Shown here: positions 46,518 to 54,159 of the stretch, in pieces
Numbering within the stretch: the stretch's first letter is position 1
Layout of the letters: each line of letters opens with the position of its first letter
From: Candidatus Acidiferrum sp.
GTDB taxonomy: Bacteria; Acidobacteriota; Terriglobia; Acidiferrales; UBA7541
NCBI GenBank assembly: GCA_035314425.1
Contig: DATFZN010000114.1
Coordinates: 4,232 to 68,231 of the forward strand
Reading direction: 5' to 3'
DNA: 64,000 bases
Program-made: the position numbers and the translations under genes
Notes under the pieces: model-generated
What the model was told of the DNA's origin: nothing
The model's database searches: none
Seen by the model: the letters and a program-made list of their open reading frames with translations, nothing else

Positions 46518-47938
46518 GCGACGACCTAAAAACCAAACTTCTGGTAGTGGACGATGAGCAGAGCATCCGTAAGCTGTGCATGACCATCGGAAACTCGTTG
46601 GGCTTTTTATGCCATGAAGCCGAGAGCGCAGAGATTGCTGCCACGCGACTAGAAACCGATCCGCCTGACCTGGTACTGACGGACTTAAAGCTCCCCAATC
46701 AGTCTGGTGTGGAATTGCTGAAACAGATTCGCACTGTTTTGCCTCGGGCCGAAATTGCCATCATGACCGGACACGGTTCGATTGAGTCTGCAGTCGATGC
46801 GATGAAACTCGGCGCATACGACTATATCGAAAAGCCCTTTCGAGTCGAGAAGTTGCGGCTCTTGCTGCAACGCATGGCCGAAAAGGTGCGCTTGGTAAAT
46901 GAAAACGCCTTCTTGCGCGAACGAGTCAACACCGAGGAAAACGTGGATGGGATTATCGGCAGTTCCTCGGCGATGCAAGATGTTCTGCGAATGATTTCGC
47001 GGTTGAAAGACACCCGGACACCCGTCCTGATTTCAGGGGAAAGCGGCACGGGAAAAGAACTGGTTGCACGCGCCATTCACTTCCGCGGAGCCATGGCCCA
47101 GACCCCGTTTGTGGCGGTGGATTGCGGTTCGTTGGTCCCCACACTGATGGAAAGCGAACTTTTTGGTTATGAGAAAGGCGCATTTACCGGTGCCACAAAA
47201 TCTAAATCCGGATTGTTCGCCTCTGCAAACGGCGGAAGCATATTCCTCGATGAAATCGGGGAAATTCCGCTGGAGATGCAGGCAAAACTCCTTCGCGTGT
47301 TGCAGGAGAAAGAGGTGCGGCCGGTTGGTAGCAACGATCGGGTCAGCATCGACGTTCGCGTGATTGCGGCAACCAATCGAGATTTGGAAGCTGCCTATCG
47401 CGACGGAACGTTTCGAAAGGACCTCTATTTCCGATTGAACGTGGTTACCGTTCATTTGCCTCCGCTGCGGGACAGGCGTTCGGATATTCCTGTCCTCGTC
47501 CATTATTTTTTGAATCGCTACGCGCCCGGCGCGCATGTACATGTAACCCCTGCGGCGATGAAGAGCCTGCTGCAATACGACTGGCCAGGCAATGTGCGTG
47601 AACTAGAGAATTGTGTCGCCCGCGCATTGACGCTCGGCGATCAAGAGGTCATCGATGTAAAGGACTTGCCACCTGCCATTCGAGCGGAACAAAGCCTCAC
47701 CCAGAGCCTGGCAGTGGAGGAGGCGAGCTCCCTTTCCACCACGGCGTTGGCGGAGATGGAAAAAATGACTATTTTGCGCGTTTTCGAGCAAGCACACGGA
47801 GACAAAGCACTGGCTGGAAAAATGTTGGGAATCAGCCGTGCCACGCTCTACAGAAAATTAAAGCGATACAATATTCCACCCCGCGGCAGCACGGAACAGA
47901 TTGAAAAAGAGGCGGAAATCCATTCGGTAGAACAATGA
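46514..47938 (+). CDS. Sigma-54-dependent transcriptional activator (NtrC family: REC + AAA+ + Fis-type HTH)
   Basis: Walker A GESGTGKE, the sigma-54 contact loop GAFTGA, and the C-terminal HTH GISRATLYRKLKRY. Confidence 0.95.
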   Translation: MSDDLKTKLLVVDDEQSIRKLCMTIGNSLGFLCHEAESAEIAATRLETDPPDLVLTDLKLPNQSGVELLKQIRTVLPRAEIAIMTGHGSIESAVDAMKLGAYDYIEKPFRVEKLRLLLQRMAEKVRLVNENAFLRERVNTEENVDGIIGSSSAMQDVLRMISRLKDTRTPVLISGESGTGKELVARAIHFRGAMAQTPFVAVDCGSLVPTLMESELFGYEKGAFTGATKSKSGLFASANGGSIFLDEIGEIPLEMQAKLLRVLQEKEVRPVGSNDRVSIDVRVIAATNRDLEAAYRDGTFRKDLYFRLNVVTVHLPPLRDRRSDIPVLVHYFLNRYAPGAHVHVTPAAMKSLLQYDWPGNVRELENCVARALTLGDQEVIDVKDLPPAIRAEQSLTQSLAVEEASSLSTTALAEMEKMTILRVFEQAHGDKALAGKMLGISRATLYRKLKRYNIPPRGSTEQIEKEAEIHSVEQ

Positions 47939-48095
47939 GCCGTCTCACGCGGTAGCGGCCGGGGATCAAAGTTTCAAATTGCAAGTGAGACACAATCGTT
48001 TCAGTGTGAGACTCAGGTCACTAATTAGGCCCGAAGGAAGTTTTTAAGCTCTTTTGTTTCTGTTACATTCCTGAAAATCAGACCAACTCAGATTT

Positions 48096-48112
48096 TGGTT
48101 CTCGGCGTGCAT
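48096..48112 (+). promoter_or_regulatory. Sigma-54-like -24/-12 element (TGGTTCTCGGCGTGCAT)
   Basis: GG (48097-98) and GC (48109-10) are at consensus spacing with T at -14. It lies 73 nt upstream of ATG 48185, which is preceded by GAGGGA. It shares the CGTGCAT -12 box with 50772..50788. Confidence 0.5.
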
Positions 48113-48184
48113 CCTTCCCCGTGGGGCGGTATGTCCCGTATTGCGCTGGGCGTGTCTTTTCATAAGCGTGAGGGAACCTAAGGA

Positions 48185-48517
48185 ATGTCGCTGATCGCCG
48201 ATGAACGCGAATGCGCAAAACAATTGGCAAAGTTTTTTCCGGACTTGCCTGCAACTCGCTTCCTGGTCCGAGTGCAATCTGCTAGGCCCGGTCGAGAGAA
48301 ACTGCAGGAATCGACGGTAGTCGAATTTGGCATGGGGCAATTCGCAATCTTCACGACATCGCTACCGCTGGAGTTTGATGAACGCATCCGATTGGTTCAG
48401 CACAGTGGGGGGAAGCCGGTGGAAGCGGAAGTGATTGCTTTGCAATATCACGAAGGAATGAAAGCAGTGGCCGTGCGGTTTGTGGAAGGCACCTGGGACT
48501 GGATAATGCAGCCGTGA
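48185..48517 (+). CDS. Hypothetical small protein (beta-rich; faint PilZ-like pattern without c-di-GMP motifs)
   Basis: Good SD. The stop overlaps the next start (GTGA). No recognisable catalytic or binding motif. Confidence 0.6.
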   Translation: MSLIADERECAKQLAKFFPDLPATRFLVRVQSARPGREKLQESTVVEFGMGQFAIFTTSLPLEFDERIRLVQHSGGKPVEAEVIALQYHEGMKAVAVRFVEGTWDWIMQP

Positions 48518-49959
48518 ACAAAATGATAACAACATTAAATTTGCAAGCACCTCAGAAGCCAGATAACTCGCGAAATGCGCAATGGGAAGAAAACCGCTCG
48601 GTTTTTCCCATTTACATCGCGCTGGCCAAGCACCTTCAAATTGAAATTCCGTTTCCGCAAAACAAGCGCGTTTTGCCGGAGAAGGCGGAACTTGAACTGT
48701 TCACTCAGGTTGATACCTGGCTAAATGCCATGGATCAACAAGTGATGGTGCATCAATTGCGCCACCTTCTTCAGATGACTACGCTGAACGCCAGCGAAAG
48801 CGGCTTGCGCGGGCTGATCATGCGACATCTGAAGAAATCCGGCAAGACTCTCGCGGATCGAGACAAGATTGATTTCCTATTGGTTCAATACTTCGCGCTC
48901 TGCGCCCCGGCTAAAATCTTTCACAAGCAAATCGAACTGGTGGACGTGGCGCAGGTCATGAAACCTGTTTTTGGTGAGGTGAGCACAGCGCCGCTGCCGT
49001 GGTGTGAGCCGCTTGAAAAAATGATTCATTCTCTGCGAACCTTCAAGAGCCTGCGCGATATTCTGAAAACCAATTTTATCGAACAAGGGCGGCGGGTAAA
49101 AGAAACCGCAGGCAATATGTTCTACGATCCGAGTGCCATGTTGGCTTTTGTGCAATTCAATTTCCTCTTGCGCCGGACACTTATCGAGTTGATGCACGCA
49201 GATTTGATCTACATCCGATCCGGGATCAATCATCTGGAAACTGCTGGTGCCAAGACCATCGATTGTCAATCCTTTGGATTGACAGCGTCTGAACCGGTTG
49301 CGAAGGTTCGCCAATATGCCGACGAATGGAAGCAGCCATTCCAGAAGGAATACACCGAACGGTCCGTGAATCAGGCTTTCGACAAGCTTCTGGCTCTGCG
49401 CGCGGACATCGAGCGCGCCGTTGAAAAGGTCTTGGGGAAGCCACTTGAGCCAGCTCCTGCGTCCACTTCAGGGGCAAAACTCGAGCCCCATTCGCCAGCA
49501 AAGGCTGCAGAGGTCAAAACGTCTCCGGCGGCAATAATGAATGAATCTGCAGAACCAGAGCTGGACTTCGAATCCTGTATGGAACAGATTTGGGAGCAGC
49601 TTATCTCCGCACCGCCCTCTCGAGGACGTTCCATGACCACTGTAAAGGTGGGAGGCGCGCGAGTGCTGATGTCTTCCTGGGAAGTGACTGCGTTTGTCAG
49701 TGAAGATGGTTCCGCGGCGGAAGATCTACGACGCGCCGTGGTTGCGCGCGCAATGGTCACCGCAGCCACGGAAAAAGCGAAGACTTCACCCACGACGGCC
49801 AATCTCGAGCGCGTACTCCCTATTGCCCGGGTCGAAGTTTCGCGCTTGCAGGAACGCGTGGAACTAGCCAAACAAGCCAAGGACACAGAAGCTGCCGTGA
49901 ATCTGGGCATCAGCACGAAGAGATTGCTGTCCGCTTTAGACGAAGCCGAGAAGCTTTGA
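48514..49959 (+). CDS. Hypothetical 481-aa soluble protein (helical N-domain, Pro/Ala/Ser linker, C-terminal coiled-coil-rich domain)
   Basis: Long uninterrupted ORF, co-directional and translationally coupled. No TM segment, signal peptide or known motif recognised. Confidence 0.7.
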   Translation: MNKMITTLNLQAPQKPDNSRNAQWEENRSVFPIYIALAKHLQIEIPFPQNKRVLPEKAELELFTQVDTWLNAMDQQVMVHQLRHLLQMTTLNASESGLRGLIMRHLKKSGKTLADRDKIDFLLVQYFALCAPAKIFHKQIELVDVAQVMKPVFGEVSTAPLPWCEPLEKMIHSLRTFKSLRDILKTNFIEQGRRVKETAGNMFYDPSAMLAFVQFNFLLRRTLIELMHADLIYIRSGINHLETAGAKTIDCQSFGLTASEPVAKVRQYADEWKQPFQKEYTERSVNQAFDKLLALRADIERAVEKVLGKPLEPAPASTSGAKLEPHSPAKAAEVKTSPAAIMNESAEPELDFESCMEQIWEQLISAPPSRGRSMTTVKVGGARVLMSSWEVTAFVSEDGSAAEDLRRAVVARAMVTAATEKAKTSPTTANLERVLPIARVEVSRLQERVELAKQAKDTEAAVNLGISTKRLLSALDEAEKL

Positions 49960-50007
49960 TTCGCTGCCAAAGAAGCTCATCAAGCGCACGGGATTCGGGA
50001 GCCCATT

Positions 50008-50691
50008 TTGCGAAACACGAGTGTCTTAATTTTGACCGACGATTCCGAGTTTGCCCGGCTGCTCAGCGCTTGTTGGCAGACAGAACGTCAATTGCCTGGC
50101 CTCTCTGTGCTCACCAGCGATTTATGGAAAGGCGGCGAGAATGTTGCCCCAGACCTGATCGTAATCGGCCCACTAAAAGAAGATAAATTCGCGAGCGTGA
50201 TGCGTTCGATCGGCTCGAACACGGCAGTTATTTTTTGCGCTACTTCCGAACACAAGGATTTTGGGCTGCTCCGCAAACGCTACCCCAGGTTACTGCACCT
50301 ACCCCTGCGTGAGGACTGGACCCAGATGATTCTCTTGCTTGCCGGTGAATCGCTAAAGCGTACGGAAGCACTCAAAATTGCGAAGCAAGCGGAACGCAAC
50401 GCCTCGCTGAGCGCCAATCAGGCGACGCTCGGCCGCTACATGATGGATATGAAACGCAATATGAACAACGCGCTGACTTCGCTGCTAGGTAACGCTGAAT
50501 TGTTGTTGCTGGAACCTGGACAACTTTCCGGGCAATCCTTGGCGCAGATAAAGACGATTCACACTATGGCCCTGCGCATCAACGAAATCGTCCAAAGATT
50601 CTCATCGCTCGCCAGTGAAATGCGGGACGCTGAGACGCCTTCTCAGAGTGAGACCGAGGAATCCATCTCGCCGCATTTTACCCCCCGATAG
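50008..50691 (+). CDS. Pseudo-receiver + HisKA/DHp-like domain with Lys in place of the phospho-His; no ATPase domain
   Basis: TTG start preceded by GGGAG. VLILTDDSEF...DLIVIGP is a receiver fold with Gly at the phospho-Asp position. LGRYMMDMKRNMNNALTSLLGNAELLLLE aligns with IGQLVSGVAHEVNNPLAAILGFTDLLLEN of the kinase at 43795, with H replaced by K. Confidence 0.7.
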   Translation: MRNTSVLILTDDSEFARLLSACWQTERQLPGLSVLTSDLWKGGENVAPDLIVIGPLKEDKFASVMRSIGSNTAVIFCATSEHKDFGLLRKRYPRLLHLPLREDWTQMILLLAGESLKRTEALKIAKQAERNASLSANQATLGRYMMDMKRNMNNALTSLLGNAELLLLEPGQLSGQSLAQIKTIHTMALRINEIVQRFSSLASEMRDAETPSQSETEESISPHFTPR

Positions 50692-50771
50692 GGCCAGACA
50701 CCTCCACGATAACTCCCCTGCTTTCAAATACTTAATAGGATTCGACAACAGTTGAGAAAGAGCCGCAAAGC

Positions 50772-50788
50772 TGGCTGTCAACGTGCAT
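50772..50788 (+). promoter_or_regulatory. Sigma-54-like -24/-12 element (TGGCTGTCAACGTGCAT)
   Basis: GG (50773-74) and GC (50785-86) are at consensus spacing, with the same CGTGCAT -12 box as 48096..48112. It lies immediately upstream of the first gene of chemosensory cluster 2. Confidence 0.5.
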
Positions 50789-50797
50789 TTTTCTACT

Positions 50798-51187
50798 ATG
50801 GAGAAGTACGCGGAGCAACTGCACGTGCCCAAAATAGTGCTGATCGTCGATGATTCACCCGCTCAGGTGAAGCTGATTCAAGGGCTTCTCGAGCCCGAAG
50901 GTTATTGCCCAGTGGGCTTGAGTGACCCAAAACGCGTGGAGGAGATGATCACCTCAGAGCGGCCGAGTGTGATTTTGCTCGATGTAGTGATGCCCGAGCG
51001 AAACGGGTTTCAGGTATGCCGGGAATTGAAAAGCAGCAACGACTTCAATTCTATCCCGGTCATCCTGGTCACCTCCAAAGACACAGCAAGCGATCGTTAC
51101 TGGGGAGAGCAGCAGGGTGCCGACGGTTACGTAACAAAACCCTTCACACGGGAAGAATTATTGCGCGCGGTTCGACGGTTTGCGTAA
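50798..51187 (+). CDS. Single-domain response regulator (PilG/PilH position)
   Basis: Motifs VLIVDDS, VILLDVVMP, LVTSK and VTKPF. The start is uncertain. The ORF-track GTG 50783 lies inside the -12 box, and ATG 50798 would be nearly leaderless. GTG 50825 has GGAG 9 nt upstream. Confidence 0.85.
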   Translation: MEKYAEQLHVPKIVLIVDDSPAQVKLIQGLLEPEGYCPVGLSDPKRVEEMITSERPSVILLDVVMPERNGFQVCRELKSSNDFNSIPVILVTSKDTASDRYWGEQQGADGYVTKPFTREELLRAVRRFA

Positions 51188-51205
51188 GAGGCCAGAGGAA
51201 ACGGA

Positions 51206-51736
51206 ATGAACGAAGACTTTCATCTTGTACCGATGCCCGCCGACGCGGAGATGGTCGATCTGCTGGAGGCCCTTGGGCCAATCGCCGAGCGCCCGCCGGA
51301 ATCGCAATATTGCGTTTTTCGCAGCGGTCGGGAACGGTTTTGCTTGCCGGTGTTAGACGTGGAGGAGGTAGTGGAATGGCCGCTGATTACACCCTTGCCA
51401 TTGTCGCCAGCCTATGTCCTGGGAATTTTCAATCTGCGTGGCGCCATCGTTCCGCTGATTGATATCGCGTTGACGGAAGGCCGTAGGACGGGATTGTTGC
51501 CAAAGCACGTGGTGGTCGCTTCGCTTCGCCCGGATGGTCATCATGAGGAAATACGGGTTGCGATCGCAGCGGACGAAGTCGTCGGAACCTACTCCGTGAA
51601 CGAAGAAGAAGATTTGTTGGAGCAAGCGCCGGAAAACGTGCCGCATTGCATTGGGATGTTGCGCCACGAAGACCGGTTGGCGCTGGTTATTGATCTTCGC
51701 CGGCTGTTGGAAGTGTACCCCGGTCCGAGTATTTAA
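51206..51736 (+). CDS. CheW-like coupling protein (PilI position)
   Basis: Motifs ..[19 protein letters not shown].. and [13 protein letters not shown]. Confidence 0.85.
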   Translation: MNEDFHLVPMPADAEMVDLLEALGPIAERPPESQYCVFRSGRERFCLPVLDVEEVVEWPLITPLPLSPAYVLGIFNLRGAIVPLIDIALTEGRRTGLLPKHVVVASLRPDGHHEEIRVAIAADEVVGTYSVNEEEDLLEQAPENVPHCIGMLRHEDRLALVIDLRRLLEVYPGPSI

Positions 51737-51765
51737 AAGTTTTCGAGAGAGCTTGGGAGGTAGGA

Positions 51766-53214
51766 ATGAAATCGCGACTGAGCACTAACATCTGGACGCT
51801 GGCCATCCTGAACGCCGTCGTATTCTTTGTGGTACTGGGATTGGCATTCAGCGCAGGACGCCAGGCAAACGGCGCATCTATTTTCGATGTCGGGGCTATG
51901 CCCAGCGGAGCGAGCGGAAACTTGATCTTCGCGCTGGTACTGGCCGTGGCCACCAGCATGTTCCTGGCGTGGAGATTAGGAAACGCCATACTCTCCCCAG
52001 TGAATGAGCTCGCCGCGTTCTCCGAACGGCTGGCGGCGGGTGATTCGAAAGCGCGCGCCGATGTCAGCTCAAACGACGAGTTTGGGCATATCGCAGAAAA
52101 CCTGAATCGCGCCGTTGCCCGCGTCTCGAAGGCCGCCAACAACCAGGAAGCCACCGAATCACTGCAGCGCAGCATCACAGATCTGCTTGCCGTCATCAAC
52201 CAGGTCGCCCGCGGAGATCTGACCCTGCGCGGCAAGGTCACCAACGACGCCCTCGGCAACGTTTCCGACTCGATCAACTACATGCTCGAGAATTTCACTA
52301 AGGTGCTAGAACGCGTTCGTAAAGCCGCTATGGAAGTCACCGCCTGCTCGAACAATATCCTCGTGGCTGCCGATCAGATGCAGGCCGGCGCGACGCAACA
52401 GGACCAGGAAATTACCAATACGTCGAGCGCGGTGGAGGAGCTTACCGTCTCGATGAAACAAGTGTCCAACAACGCGGAAGCCAGCGCAGAAGCGGCTCGC
52501 CGTGCACTCGATGCCGCTGAACAGGGTAATCGCGCCGTGCGCGACACGCTCGATGGCATGCAGCGAATTCGTTCTTCCGTGCAGGCGACCGCGAAGAAGA
52601 TCAAGTCTCTCGGAGACCGTTCGCTGGAAATCTCCGAAATCATCAACGTGATCAACGACATCACCGAACAGACCAACCTGCTGGCACTAAACGCCGCAAT
52701 TGAAGCAGCGCGCGCCGGTGAGGCAGGCCGTGGCTTCGCGGTGGTCGCCGACGAAGTTCGTAAATTGGCGGAGCACTCACGCAGCGCAACGAAAGATATC
52801 GCGGCACTGATTAAGGCGATTCAGGCCGAGACCAACGAAGCCGTGGTGGTCATGGAGGAAGGCACCAAGGAAGTGGAATCCGGAGCAACCCTCGCTGATC
52901 AGGCGGGACGCGCGCTCGACGCAATTTCGAGCGTGGTTCGCCAGTCGGCGGAACTTGTGCAAGAGATTTCACTCGCTTCCAAACAGCAGGTTCGCGGTAC
53001 AGAAGGGGTCGCGCACGCCATGCAGATCATTTCCAACATTACGCGCCAGACCTCTCAGGGTACACGCGGCACGGTGGCCACGGTAAGCCAACTGGTCAAA
53101 CTCTCTGACCAGCTAAACGAAGCGCTGGCTCAATTCCGGGCAAACTCAAAGACCAACAGTAGCTCGGCCATGGGAGATTCGCAGCATCCCGTCCCAGCGG
53201 GCGCTTTGCGGTAA
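51766..53214 (+). CDS. Methyl-accepting chemotaxis protein with minimal (about 20-aa) periplasmic loop + HAMP (PilJ position)
   Basis: Hairpin [36 protein letters not shown]. Two TM helices (residues about 9-30 and 52-72). Confidence 0.9.
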   Translation: MKSRLSTNIWTLAILNAVVFFVVLGLAFSAGRQANGASIFDVGAMPSGASGNLIFALVLAVATSMFLAWRLGNAILSPVNELAAFSERLAAGDSKARADVSSNDEFGHIAENLNRAVARVSKAANNQEATESLQRSITDLLAVINQVARGDLTLRGKVTNDALGNVSDSINYMLENFTKVLERVRKAAMEVTACSNNILVAADQMQAGATQQDQEITNTSSAVEELTVSMKQVSNNAEASAEAARRALDAAEQGNRAVRDTLDGMQRIRSSVQATAKKIKSLGDRSLEISEIINVINDITEQTNLLALNAAIEAARAGEAGRGFAVVADEVRKLAEHSRSATKDIAALIKAIQAETNEAVVVMEEGTKEVESGATLADQAGRALDAISSVVRQSAELVQEISLASKQQVRGTEGVAHAMQIISNITRQTSQGTRGTVATVSQLVKLSDQLNEALAQFRANSKTNSSSAMGDSQHPVPAGALR

Positions 53215-53274
53215 GGCAAATAGTGTTTCGGCGTTTCGGTGAGATCGAACGATCGAGGCAAGAGCGGGACGGTT

Positions 53275-54159
53275 ATGAGCGATCGCCACGGGGCGGGACA
53301 CAGTTTGACCGAACACGAACTGAGCGAGATCCGCATGCTGATCGAAGAGCGGACAGGCATACGTTTCGACGAGTCGCGCGAGAGATTTTTCTCCACGCGA
53401 GTCCGTGAACATCTGCACGCAAACGGTTTTCACCACGGCAGCGAGTTGGTCAGGGCGATCCGCAAGAGCAATGTGGAATATGAGGCACTGCTTGAACGGT
53501 TGCTAACCCAGGAAACATCGTTCTTCCGCTATCCCGCGGTGTTCGATGCGTTTGAGAAAAGAGTTTTGCCGGAACTGCACGCCAAGAACTTCTGGAAGAG
53601 CCCGCGGACGCTTCGGGTGTGGAGCGCTGGGTGTTCCACCGGCGAGGAGCCCTACTCCATCGCGATCACCATACTCGACACCCTTTCTTTGGCGGATGCG
53701 TGGAACGTGGAAATCCTGGCGACCGATGTGGGCCGTCACGCGCTGAAACATGCAGAACGCGGAGTGTATTCTGGCCGCAGTATTTCCAGTGTGAAAGCTT
53801 CGCAGCTTGCCGCACATTTCACAGTGGCAAAAGATGGGCATCAAGTGAAGCCTCGCGTCCGCAAGTTGGTTAGTTTCGCACAGATGAACTTGGCGTCACC
53901 CGTTTATTTGGGTCGCATGGACTTGATTTTCTGCATGAATGTTCTTATTTACTTTTCGGAAGCGCGGTGTGCCGCACTCGTACAGCGGTTTTATGAAGCG
54001 CTGGAGCCCGGTGGATATCTTTTTCTCGGGCATTCTGAGTCCATTTCGAAGATGACGGTGAAATTTCAGGCCATCGTTTTGGGTGATTGCATCTTGTATC
54101 GCAAGCCATTGGCGGATGAAATGCAAAAGCACGAATTGGTGGCGGAGGGACGCGGGTGA
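53275..54159 (+). CDS. CheR-type methyltransferase (PilK position)
   Basis: Motifs ETSFFRY and VWSAGCSTGEEPYS. The start is ATG 53275 or ORF-track GTG 53239. Confidence 0.9.
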   Translation: MSDRHGAGHSLTEHELSEIRMLIEERTGIRFDESRERFFSTRVREHLHANGFHHGSELVRAIRKSNVEYEALLERLLTQETSFFRYPAVFDAFEKRVLPELHAKNFWKSPRTLRVWSAGCSTGEEPYSIAITILDTLSLADAWNVEILATDVGRHALKHAERGVYSGRSISSVKASQLAAHFTVAKDGHQVKPRVRKLVSFAQMNLASPVYLGRMDLIFCMNVLIYFSEARCAALVQRFYEALEPGGYLFLGHSESISKMTVKFQAIVLGDCILYRKPLADEMQKHELVAEGRG

